Shown: positions 7,328-15,836 of the stretch, in pieces
Position numbering within the stretch: position 1 is the first letter of the stretch
Layout of the letters: every line of letters begins with the position of its first letter
IMG/VR virus record: IMGVR_UViG_3300022309_000009
Location: 1-50,072 of that record
Strand: one strand, 5' to 3'
Source: a virus
Lineage: Duplodnaviria > Caudoviricetes
Length of the DNA: 50,072 nt
The notes under the pieces: model-generated
The model's database searches: none
Seen by the model: the letters and a program-made list of their open reading frames with translations, nothing else
Told to the model about the DNA's origin: nothing
Translations under genes and position numbers: made by a program

Positions 7328-7740
7328 ATGGAGATTCGGTCGCACCGCATCTTCCATCGAACAGGCCGACACGACCGGCAAGCCCGTTACAGCGGGCTTG
7401 CAGAAATGAGGTAGGCAGCGACGATTTAGTGAAAACCAGCTAGAGAGCCTGCCTAGAGATTAGGTGAAGAAGCAGGAGACGCCATGGAGCAGGAATCGGG
7501 AAGCCGCCGATTCTGGAGTCGAGAGACTCAAGCCATACGGGCAAGTGCGTCGCGGGGATTGACCAGCCGCCGAGACTTTTCGGAAACGGCGAACCCCAGG
7601 GGGCTTCGGAGTACAGATGCGAACGGGGCGCTATCTCTTGGACGTAGGACTAGCTGGATAGAGGGTTGACCTCCCTCTAAGTCAAAGGGTCTGAGCCTCC
7701 GGGCTACTCCATCCGGGGAAGTTGAGCCTACCCAGGCTCG
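7328..7740 (+). ncRNA. Candidate multi-domain structured ncRNA with pseudoknot
   Basis: Begins 7 nt after a promoter motif; long-range helix 7436-7443/7650-7657; GAGA-tetraloop hairpin 7516-7529; H-type pseudoknot 7659-7685. Confidence 0.5.
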
Positions 7741-7760
7741 TCCTACAGTCCGTGTAGGAT
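7741..7760 (+). promoter_or_regulatory. Phage promoter motif copy
   Basis: TCCTACA-GTCCG-TGTAGGAT, 9 nt before ATG 7770. Confidence 0.8.
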
Positions 7761-7769
7761 AGGGAGAGA

Positions 7770-8060
7770 ATGGCTGGCCCTGTTCCCGTCCATCAAGCAG
7801 TAGCCGTCTCGACTACGGCTGTCTTGCTCTGCGATTCCAGAGCGACGAGGCGAGGCGCCTTCGTCTTCAACAAGTCGAGTCAGGTCTTGTATGTCAAGTA
7901 CGGCGAGGCGGACGTTTCTGCGACGAGCTTCACGCTCCGGATACCTGCGAACTGGTGGTTCGAGATGCCGTGGGGCAACGTCTACACGGGCAAGATTTAC
8001 GGCCTCTGGGCCGGAGCCGATGGCGCTGGTTCTGCACAGGTGACGGAGCTGGTCAACTAA
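7770..8060 (+). CDS. Small beta-rich putative virion protein
   Basis: First gene of the late operon; beta-sandwich-like pattern. Confidence 0.65.
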   Translation: MAGPVPVHQAVAVSTTAVLLCDSRATRRGAFVFNKSSQVLYVKYGEADVSATSFTLRIPANWWFEMPWGNVYTGKIYGLWAGADGAGSAQVTELVN

Positions 8061-9082
8061 TGCCTCTCTACGGCGAATCCAGTGGAGGTACGTCGGATCA
8101 TGGTTTGCTGTTGGGGCTTGAGGACGACGATCATCCGCAGTACGCGCTTGATACTGACCTGACGGCCCATGTGGCTGCTGCTGATCCGCACACTGGCTAT
8201 CAGAAGGAGTCGGAGAAGGGGGCGGTGAGCGGCTATGCGTCTCTGGACGCTGGCGGAAAAGTTCCGGATGCGCAGCTTCCTGCGACCATCACCCGTGACA
8301 CTGAGGCCGTCCTCGACGGTGATGCCGCTGGCGGCGTGCTGTCTGGGACGTATCCGAACCCCGGCTTTGCAGCCGACATGGCGACTCAGGTCGAGCTGGA
8401 CAACCACGGGATCGACACGACGTCTGTGCATGGCATCGCCAATACGGCTGATCTGCTGGCCCGCACTCTTGCTGATGCTAAGGGGGACATCCTCGCTGCG
8501 ACGGCTGCTGATGTCATCGCGCGGGTTGCTGTCGGCACGGATGGGCAAGTCCTGGTCGCTGACTCTGTCTCCACACCTGGAATCAAATGGGCCGATTCTC
8601 CCGCTGTTGATCTTGCTGCCCACCTGTCCAACCCTACCGATGCACACAACGCCTCCGCTATCTCGATTGCGGATACGGCTCTGGAGTTCACGGCTACCGA
8701 CGTAGAGGGGGCCTTGGCTGAGCTGGCGGCTCAGGATGTAACGGATGAAGCGGCGTTGGCTGCTCATCTTGCCGACGCGGTAGCTGCTCATGCGGCGTCG
8801 GCCATTGCCTTCACTCCGAACGGGAGCATCGCGGCGACTGACGTTCAGGCTGCGATTGTCGAGGTCAGGGACGAGGCGAGCGGTTCGGGTATCCCGGCGA
8901 CGATTGTCGATGCTAAGGGTGACTTGATCGCGGCCACAGCCGCCGATACGGTGGCGCGACTGGCTGCCGGTACTGACGGACAGATTCTTGAGTCTCGCGC
9001 TTCTGAGGCGACTGGTCTGAAGTGGGTTGCTGCGCCTGCTGGCGGAGACGGCAATCTTTTCAACTACGCATTCTTCAACTAG
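8060..9082 (+). CDS. Tail fibre-like protein with internal repeats
   Basis: DAKGDxxAATAADxxARxAxGTDGQxL twice; AHxASAI twice; GYASLDAGGKVPDAQLP fibre-type motif; start at TAATG overlap. Confidence 0.7.
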   Translation: MPLYGESSGGTSDHGLLLGLEDDDHPQYALDTDLTAHVAAADPHTGYQKESEKGAVSGYASLDAGGKVPDAQLPATITRDTEAVLDGDAAGGVLSGTYPNPGFAADMATQVELDNHGIDTTSVHGIANTADLLARTLADAKGDILAATAADVIARVAVGTDGQVLVADSVSTPGIKWADSPAVDLAAHLSNPTDAHNASAISIADTALEFTATDVEGALAELAAQDVTDEAALAAHLADAVAAHAASAIAFTPNGSIAATDVQAAIVEVRDEASGSGIPATIVDAKGDLIAATAADTVARLAAGTDGQILESRASEATGLKWVAAPAGGDGNLFNYAFFN

Positions 9083-9094
9083 AAAGGGTTTACC

Positions 9095-9487
9095 ATGGCC
9101 ACTGCCCCCGCTTTTGCTTCAACTCCGAGGATTGGTGTTGCAGCCGTTTCGACCGCTAATACGAATCGAGACGGCACCGGGACAATCGCGACTGTCCTGA
9201 CTGCTGGCTCCAGCGGAACGCTTATCAAGGAGATCCTCTGCAAGGCGACTGGCGATCCTGCCGATTCTGTCGTCACGATTTTCTTGCACGACGGTACGAA
9301 CTACTGGCTCTTCGATGAGTTCGATCTTGGGAATCCGGCTGCGGCCTCTACGACCGTGGAGGGGTATCGCATCGCCAAGACGTATGCGAACCTCGTCTTG
9401 CCGACAAGTTGGTCTGTGCGAGCTGCGATTACTGTCGCCTTGACTTCTGGCGTTATCAACGTCTATGCGCTTGGTGGCGATCTGTAG
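9095..9487 (+). CDS. Putative virion / tail protein
   Basis: MATAPAFASTP...VYALGGDL; T/A/G-rich; in the fibre cluster. Confidence 0.65.
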   Translation: MATAPAFASTPRIGVAAVSTANTNRDGTGTIATVLTAGSSGTLIKEILCKATGDPADSVVTIFLHDGTNYWLFDEFDLGNPAAASTTVEGYRIAKTYANLVLPTSWSVRAAITVALTSGVINVYALGGDL

Positions 9488-9489
9488 CC

Positions 9490-10233
9490 GTGAATCAAGG
9501 GGTCTATGGTTTTCCGGTGGGGCAGGATTTCCCGAACGGGCTTCTGGGTCTGCCCCCCAGACTCGATTCCTTGGAACACACAGGGCCACCTATCACTGAC
9601 TATGTTGGCTGGTGGGACAGCTCAGACTATTCGTCTTTGACGATTGTTTCTAATCTCATCACCCAATGGAATGACTTGACTGGCAGCGGCAATCATTTCA
9701 TTCAGACCAGCGCCTCGCTCCAACCCTCTTACGGAAGCCGGAAGATCAATGGGATTGTTGTTCCCGACTTCGATGGTTCTTCCGACTACATGACTGGCGG
9801 TCTTTCGGTTGGTGCGCCTGCGACGGTTTTTTGGGTTGGTGAACCCGACTCGCTTGGCACCCTTAATATGTGGGGTACTGTTCCCAACGGTCTTACCGGG
9901 AGGATCAACCCATCAGGACAGTTGTCAACCCTTAAGGATGGGGTCGCTGGCATAACACTTACTACCGCTGCGATGCAGGTCGGTCAACCTGTTGTCTGTG
10001 TTCATACGGCTGATGGTTCTGTTGGCGTTCTGCGTCAGAATGAAACGTGGTTGTCACAGGCTTTTGCCCAGACTCCGGTCGCGGGTGGTTTCTCCATTGG
10101 CTCGCGCAATGGGGCTGGCTCTGCGTGGTGGGACGGCGCTCTTGCGGAGTTCTTTTGTTACGACCGCATCCTGACTACTGAAGAGATTTCTTCAATGGTT
10201 GATTACTTGTCTCAGAAGTGGGGCGTTGGCTAG
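9490..10233 (+). CDS. Concanavalin-A/LamG-like tail or receptor-binding protein
   Basis: WWDSSD...WNDLTGSGNH...FDGSSDYM...WDGALAEFFCYDRIL pattern. Confidence 0.75.
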   Translation: MNQGVYGFPVGQDFPNGLLGLPPRLDSLEHTGPPITDYVGWWDSSDYSSLTIVSNLITQWNDLTGSGNHFIQTSASLQPSYGSRKINGIVVPDFDGSSDYMTGGLSVGAPATVFWVGEPDSLGTLNMWGTVPNGLTGRINPSGQLSTLKDGVAGITLTTAAMQVGQPVVCVHTADGSVGVLRQNETWLSQAFAQTPVAGGFSIGSRNGAGSAWWDGALAEFFCYDRILTTEEISSMVDYLSQKWGVG

Positions 10234-10251
10234 ATCGTCCTAGAGAGGTAG

Positions 10252-10271
10252 TCCTACCAGCCGTGTAGGAT
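10252..10271 (+). promoter_or_regulatory. Phage promoter motif copy
   Basis: TCCTACC-AGCCG-TGTAGGAT, 8 nt before ATG 10280. Confidence 0.75.
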
Positions 10272-10279
10272 TGACCTAC

Positions 10280-10855
10280 ATGGCCGTCCTGGCAATCAAG
10301 ACGGAGCCGAAGTGCAAGCTCTGTAGGCATCCGAACCGCGCTGAGATAGATGTCCTTCTGGAGCGGAGGTCGAACGGCGACCTTGATGAGAATGGTCGTC
10401 GCTTCAACGCCGAATACGTTCTGGAGATCCTTGGCACCTGGGGCGTGACGAATCCGACCCTGCTGAACATCAAGGGCCACTGGAAGAACCACTGTGAGGT
10501 CGTCAGTTCCGAAGAGGCCGAGGAGGTTGCCGCCCAGCTCTCTGAGCTGAACCAGGAGATGCTTGCGATCCTGGACGAGTCGGACGGCTCTGTCGATTCC
10601 GACCTTCGCGCGATCTTCCGACTCGGGACGAAGCGATTGCGTGGCCGCATCCTTCGCGGCGAAGATCCTGGCGTCACGCTCGACCATCAGCTTAAGGCTT
10701 CTTCTGAGCTGACGAAGCGGTCGCACAACGAATCGACGCGGGAGTTGCTCGGCACCCTGGCCGGTGGCCTTGTCATGGCCATCGAGCAGCAGAAGCAGCC
10801 GAAGCAGATCGAGTCTGCTTACGAGGTCATCGAGCAGGAGGCGGTCGAGTCGTGA
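10280..10855 (+). CDS. Probable terminase small subunit
   Basis: CKLCRHPNRAEID...HWKNH N-terminal domain and helical C-terminus; upstream of TerL. Confidence 0.55.
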   Translation: MAVLAIKTEPKCKLCRHPNRAEIDVLLERRSNGDLDENGRRFNAEYVLEILGTWGVTNPTLLNIKGHWKNHCEVVSSEEAEEVAAQLSELNQEMLAILDESDGSVDSDLRAIFRLGTKRLRGRILRGEDPGVTLDHQLKASSELTKRSHNESTRELLGTLAGGLVMAIEQQKQPKQIESAYEVIEQEAVES

Positions 10856-10979
10856 AGCGTCGCGGCCCCTTTTACTTCCAGCTCTGGGGTGGGATGTTCA
10901 CGCGCGGTTGCGCGTTCGCGTTGGCCCTCGGCGGCTCGTATTTCTGCGTGGAGTTCCGGCGCGATCCGAGGCACCGCTG

Positions 10980-11462
10980 ATGCGGATAGCCCTGACCACT
11001 GAGGAGATGATTCGCTATGGGGCTGCGGGCCTGGCACGCACGTCGAATGCGCTTGAGATGCGTCGTGTCGGCGCTCATGGTTTTGACCGCAATCACGAAC
11101 GCTGGCAGATCGACGTCGAGGGCGTCCTTACCGAAGCCGCTGCCGCGAAGGCGTTGAATCTTCCGTACAACCCGGTGGTCGGCGAGTTGGACACGCTCCT
11201 GGGTGACATCGGCCCCGGCCTTCAGGTTCGCGGGACGAAGTACCCCACCGGTTCTCTTCTGATCCATAGCAAGGATCAAGACGATGACATCTTCATCCTC
11301 GTGACGGGGATCTACGGCGTCTACGACATACGGGGCTGGATTCATGCCAGGGACGGCAAGCTGGAGAAGCTCTGGAAGATGTACAAGGGTCGAGGCGCGT
11401 TCTGGGTCGGCCAGGAGTGGCTGAAGCCCATCGAGACGCTTGATCTGGGGGCGTCGAAATGA
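10980..11462 (+). CDS. Hypothetical protein, possible PD-(D/E)XK-like fold
   Basis: GVLTEAAAAK...GDI...LQVR...YDIRGWI pattern. Confidence 0.55.
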   Translation: MRIALTTEEMIRYGAAGLARTSNALEMRRVGAHGFDRNHERWQIDVEGVLTEAAAAKALNLPYNPVVGELDTLLGDIGPGLQVRGTKYPTGSLLIHSKDQDDDIFILVTGIYGVYDIRGWIHARDGKLEKLWKMYKGRGAFWVGQEWLKPIETLDLGASK

Positions 11463-11542
11463 CCCTGTGGACTCTCATTCTGTGGTGTGCCGTCTTCTGG
11501 ATGGTCAACATCATTCTCGTTTACTGGGTCTTCTTCGTATGA
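11459..11542 (+). CDS. 27-aa membrane micro-protein
   Basis: MTLWTLILWCAVFWMVNIILVYWVFFV; ATGA overlaps at both ends. Confidence 0.5.
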   Translation: MTLWTLILWCAVFWMVNIILVYWVFFV

Positions 11543-11859
11543 GCGTCGAGAAGTACGCCCGTCGCGCTCTGTGGCGCATGACCTTCTTCCGACTCTGCGG
11601 GGAAATGTTCGTTCTGCCGCAAGTCTTTCTTCGGATGATCCAGTCCGCCTGCGGCTTTCTCGGTTCTTGGTTCAAGAACCTGGAGATGCTGTTCTTCACT
11701 CTGGAGTTGGATGCCGCGCGGCGCTACAAGCTGCTTACCGGAATCGACTTGCCCGCTGCGGCTCACGATCCCGGTCGTTACGCGCTCCTTGACGCTCAGC
11801 GCAACGAGGATGCTCAGACCTCTTTCATGCAACAGCTCGGCGCGGATATAGACGAATGA
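11539..11859 (+). CDS. Hypothetical protein
   Basis: ATGA-coupled into the TerL ATPase gene. Confidence 0.6.
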   Translation: MSVEKYARRALWRMTFFRLCGEMFVLPQVFLRMIQSACGFLGSWFKNLEMLFFTLELDAARRYKLLTGIDLPAAAHDPGRYALLDAQRNEDAQTSFMQQLGADIDE

Positions 11860-12698
11860 GTCTTGAGGTAGGCACCGGCAAGGCCAAGGAGGCGACCTCA
11901 CTCCTTGAGGCTTTCGCGATGGGCCGGAATGACCCGGTCTACTTCTGCGACTTCTTCATGGGCCGCAAGCTGCACGACGGGCAGGCCGAGTTCATGCTCA
12001 ACGCGCAGGCGAAGATCAATGCCCTTGCGACTGCGAACCGTTGGGGCAAGACCACCGAGCTGACGGGGATGCACTTCCACTCCGGCACGTACAAGATCGG
12101 TGCCGAGTCCAAGTACATGAACCCGGACGGCACGCTCGACTTTGATATCTTCACGAAGCTCAAGTACGATACCGTGCATACGGCGGGCGAGTGGGAACAG
12201 GCGTCTTTCGTCTGGGAGGACGCTCTCAAGATCATCGGTGAGAACGCTCGCATGGCTGCGTTGGTCAATGAGTTTCCGCGTTCTAAGCCGCCGTTCATCC
12301 GGGGCATCGCAGGTTGGAAGTGGATGTTCCGCACGCTCGGCAACAACGCCTCGAACATCGACGGCAAGTCGATCTATTTGCTCTCGATTGACGAGGCGGG
12401 CTGGATCGACAACTTGGACGAGATGATGCGGAACGTCCTCCGTGTACGTACAGCAGACGTACGCGGTCGCATTGTTATCGTCGGGACGTTCAAGCCCGGT
12501 ATCTCGCGTGATTTCTACAAGGTCTGCGTCCGAGCCTCCGCGTACACGGGGCGCCGCATCGACTTTGCCCACGGGACTGACGAGGAGGGTGACGCAGGCC
12601 CGCAGTCTCTTGACCTGGCTATCTCGAAATACCTGCGTGAGTTCGGAATCAACCTCGATGAGTACCGCGACGCGCTGGAGCGTGGAGTCAATGACTGA
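11856..12698 (+). CDS. Terminase large subunit, ATPase part
   Basis: Adenine-binding Q motif (LHDGQ), Walker A ANRWGKT, Walker B LLSIDEAG, coupling motif IVIVGT. Confidence 0.9.
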   Translation: MSLEVGTGKAKEATSLLEAFAMGRNDPVYFCDFFMGRKLHDGQAEFMLNAQAKINALATANRWGKTTELTGMHFHSGTYKIGAESKYMNPDGTLDFDIFTKLKYDTVHTAGEWEQASFVWEDALKIIGENARMAALVNEFPRSKPPFIRGIAGWKWMFRTLGNNASNIDGKSIYLLSIDEAGWIDNLDEMMRNVLRVRTADVRGRIVIVGTFKPGISRDFYKVCVRASAYTGRRIDFAHGTDEEGDAGPQSLDLAISKYLREFGINLDEYRDALERGVND

Positions 12699-12999
12699 GC
12701 CACTCGCTGTTCCAATGATGGCTGACGTCGCTCTGGCATGGTGGTACTGCCTCGACTGCGGCGAGAAAAACCCGATGGAAGTACACATCAGGAGTCATTG
12801 GACTTCTGCTCATCGCGAGGCCGACTCTACTGAGTTGCCTGCCAACGGCCTTGACTACGCGCTGGGCGGGCAGCTACTTCTGCTCCAGAAGCGCCGTGCT
12901 GCCTGGATTGACGAGCGAGCCGAGATGTTCTCCAACGAGATGCACGAGCGGTTCGGGGCTGAGGACTTCGTGGCTGAGGCGGAGATTCGCGATGCCTGA
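12691..12999 (+). CDS. C2H2-type zinc-finger protein between the terminase halves
   Basis: YCLDCG...HIRSHWTSAH; 8-bp overlaps with both neighbours; GGAG RBS. Confidence 0.65.
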   Translation: MTEPLAVPMMADVALAWWYCLDCGEKNPMEVHIRSHWTSAHREADSTELPANGLDYALGGQLLLLQKRRAAWIDERAEMFSNEMHERFGAEDFVAEAEIRDA

Positions 13000-13933
13000 T
13001 CCGTCGCTGTCCTCCGACCGCCCCGAATACTACGTTCAGACGGGAAGCATGTTCGAGAACCCGTACGGCGTTCCGCATGAGGAAATCGTCGCCATGATTC
13101 TGGAGCTGCCCGCCGAGATGGCCGCTCAGGTCGTCTTCGGCAAGTACGTCGAGAGCAGCGGCTTGGTCTTCACGGGCGAACTGGTGCAGATGCTCTTCGA
13201 CCGCGATGGTGAGCATTATGGCGCTGTCTCGCAGCAGCGAATCACTGGCGACCGCTGGGTAGATCCAGCCGCTCTAGAGCAGGCCCGCTTGATGACGCAG
13301 GATCAGAAGCGGACGATCTTCGCGACCGGAGTGGACTTCGCCCGGATCAACGACTTCACGGTCATCTTCAGTCTCGACATCCGCACCCGACCCGCTCGCG
13401 TCGTCTCTTTCCGGCGACTGAACCGTGTGCCGTGGGAGGGCATCTATCGCGAAGTGGGGCGGGCGATCCACCAGTTCGGCCCGTCTGTGCTGGCCGACGC
13501 CACCGGCATGGCTGGGGACGTCATCCTCGATGCACTTGAGGATCGCCACTACTGCCCGATTCACGACCGGACTACGCTCGGTGGGCAGACGTACTGTCAG
13601 AACCGGAACGGCGAGCCGCTTGGCGGCTGCCGTGATGAGCAGATGATCCCGCTGAACACGGTGGACGGCTTCCAGTTCACGAAGTCCAGCAAGCAGGGCC
13701 TCATCGAGCATCTCCGCAATCTGCTCTCGGTTGGCTACCGGGCCTCGTCGGATGAGCCGTTCGGCTGGCTCCGCAGCCCGCCCATTGTGGCTCTGGAAGA
13801 GGAGCTGGCTTTTTACTCGTGGGATGACAAGGGGCTTGACACCGACTGCGTGATGGCACTCGCCCTAGCGGCCTGGCAGGGAATCGAGCTGGCTCCTGGC
13901 ACGAGTTACTTTGGCTCGCCGTTCGGCACGTAA
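12992..13933 (+). CDS. Terminase large subunit, RNase H-like nuclease part
   Basis: GVDFARINDFTV, DATGMAGD and DTDCVMALALA acidic residues; GGAG RBS before ATG 12992. Confidence 0.88.
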   Translation: MPDPSLSSDRPEYYVQTGSMFENPYGVPHEEIVAMILELPAEMAAQVVFGKYVESSGLVFTGELVQMLFDRDGEHYGAVSQQRITGDRWVDPAALEQARLMTQDQKRTIFATGVDFARINDFTVIFSLDIRTRPARVVSFRRLNRVPWEGIYREVGRAIHQFGPSVLADATGMAGDVILDALEDRHYCPIHDRTTLGGQTYCQNRNGEPLGGCRDEQMIPLNTVDGFQFTKSSKQGLIEHLRNLLSVGYRASSDEPFGWLRSPPIVALEEELAFYSWDDKGLDTDCVMALALAAWQGIELAPGTSYFGSPFGT

Positions 13934-13958
13934 AGTACTGCAACAGTCAGTAGTCCCG

Positions 13959-13978
13959 TCCTGCATCTGCTGTAGGAT
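13959..13978 (+). promoter_or_regulatory. Phage promoter motif copy (leaderless portal mRNA)
   Basis: TCCTGCA-TCTGC-TGTAGGAT, 7 nt before GTG 13986. Confidence 0.75.
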
Positions 13979-13985
13979 ATGAGAT

Positions 13986-15836
13986 GTGTCTCTCCTCAAT
14001 CGAGGCTCCTCCCCGTCTGACGACCTACTCCTCGCCAAGCAGGAGTTCGAGGCGCTCCAGCAGGCTGCCGATGAGCGCCTCCAGCGGATGCAGATGTACC
14101 GCGATGAGAACGCCGCGCCGCGCAGCAGGCAGCTTGAGCTGAACAACAACTCGACTGACTACGGACGCAAGCCGCGTGCGGACGGCCAACCCAAGCGCCA
14201 CAACATCCCGTTGCCGCTCGGTAAAGCGCTGACCGTCAAACACGCCTACCGGATTGCCGGGCAACTCCCGGACGTCGTGGTTGACCAGCGCGATGAGTCG
14301 CTCGAAGAGCGGCACCGCTCGGACACGATGGAGAAAATCGTTTGGGCGGTTATGCGCCGCTCACGCGCGGAGACGGCGTTCGCTTCGGCGAGCTGGCATG
14401 GCTCGGAGGTCGGCTCTGCCTGTTTCGATCTGTACTGGGATATGCGCCAGCAGATCCCCGTCTTTCGCGCAATCGACCCGATGGGTGTTCTCGAAGTTCA
14501 GGGCGTTCAAGACCCGCACGACTTCCAGCGCGTGTACCGGATGTGGGACGTGCCGCTTGTTTCCGTCGCAGCCGAGTATCGGGACTCCACGTTTCGCGGT
14601 CAGCCTGTAGCTGTCGGCAACCTCAAGGCCCTGAACGTCGATGGCGGCGTCGAGATGGTGACGATTGTCCAGCTCTGCGACCGTAACCACATTCTGCGCT
14701 TCGCCCTCTGTGGCGGAGCGGGGATTGTCGGCCTGTACGAGCTTGAACATAACTACGGCTTCGCGCCGTACGTGGTGATTCCGAACATCGGCCCCTACGA
14801 CGATGTCTGGGGCTGGGCCGACTACGAGTTCGTTCGCGCCATCAGCGGCTACATGGGGACGCTGTTCAGTCGCGAGGCCGACGTTCTGAAGGCCGTCGCC
14901 GCTGGTGCGTACCAGGAGGATGGCACCGGAAAGCCCGGCGCAGAGATCGCCAGGATCATCACTCAGGGCGGTGTCCTTTCGACCAAGCGCGATTCTAAGG
15001 TGCAGCCGATTCAGGCTGCCGACATGCCGACCTTCGCGGAGGCACACGCCGACCGTGGGATGCAGCTCATCAAGATGCTGGGGTTCGCGCCGGATGCTGC
15101 CTGGGGCCTTCCTGGCTCGGGTTCCGGAACAGATCGTGGCCTGCAACTCCAGCCACTCCTTGAGTACACGGCCATGAAGCAGCTCAACTGGCAGAGCGGC
15201 CTCTCGCGGCTCTTCGGCATGGCCTTTCAGATGGTCGAGCAGAAGATGGTCGGCGAGGCGAAGTTCCGTGGCTCGAAACCTGGCAGCGGGCGCAGCAAGG
15301 GCAAGCGCCAGCCCTTCGTTCTTACCATCGGCCCGGAGGCCGCTCCTCTTCAAGAGGCAGTCGATTCGCCGGACGCGATGTCTGCTGCCATCGTGGAGCT
15401 TCCTCTTACGCCGAAGGCCATCTTCGACGGTGATTACGAAGCTCGCTTCGTCTGGCGTAACCGGGTAGACCCGGACGACCCGCAGTACGTCATGTCGGAG
15501 CTGAACAAGTTTCAGCAGGGCGTTCAGTCGCTTGAGACGACTCTTGAAAATCTTGGTGTCCAGGCTCCCGAGAGCGAGATGCGCCGGATTGAGCGAGAGG
15601 CGGAGAGGTTCCCGTGGGTTAACCAGGGCCTCGTCTCTCTCATCATGGCGCAGATTCGTGGCAATGCGCAGGGGACTGGCGGTGGCGCTCTGCCTGATCG
15701 GGCTGGGGCGCTGTCTGGTGCGATGGAGACGATGAACTCTCTCGGCGGCGGCGGACAGAGTGGTGCGTTGAATGCTGACGCTGGGGCTGGCGCTCTGGGT
15801 GCTGACGCTGTCGGCATTCCGGGCGGCGGTGCGTAG
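13986..15836 (+). CDS. Portal protein
   Basis: 616 aa directly after TerL; HNYGFAPYVVIPN...WGWAD portal-like motif; Gly-rich tail. Confidence 0.85.
   Translation: MSLLNRGSSPSDDLLLAKQEFEALQQAADERLQRMQMYRDENAAPRSRQLELNNNSTDYGRKPRADGQPKRHNIPLPLGKALTVKHAYRIAGQLPDVVVDQRDESLEERHRSDTMEKIVWAVMRRSRAETAFASASWHGSEVGSACFDLYWDMRQQIPVFRAIDPMGVLEVQGVQDPHDFQRVYRMWDVPLVSVAAEYRDSTFRGQPVAVGNLKALNVDGGVEMVTIVQLCDRNHILRFALCGGAGIVGLYELEHNYGFAPYVVIPNIGPYDDVWGWADYEFVRAISGYMGTLFSREADVLKAVAAGAYQEDGTGKPGAEIARIITQGGVLSTKRDSKVQPIQAADMPTFAEAHADRGMQLIKMLGFAPDAAWGLPGSGSGTDRGLQLQPLLEYTAMKQLNWQSGLSRLFGMAFQMVEQKMVGEAKFRGSKPGSGRSKGKRQPFVLTIGPEAAPLQEAVDSPDAMSAAIVELPLTPKAIFDGDYEARFVWRNRVDPDDPQYVMSELNKFQQGVQSLETTLENLGVQAPESEMRRIEREAERFPWVNQGLVSLIMAQIRGNAQGTGGGALPDRAGALSGAMETMNSLGGGGQSGALNADAGAGALGADAVGIPGGGA

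Noticed and set aside
7440-7650. Resemblance to RNase P RNA, tmRNA or a lysine riboswitch
   Set aside because: Diagnostic conserved sequences (GGAAAGUC, tRNA-like ends, AGAGGUGC) are absent; kept only as an unclassified structured RNA
12600-13100. Intein or group I intron interrupting TerL
   Set aside because: No C/S...HN intein termini and no recognisable intron core; the intervening ORF is translationally coupled
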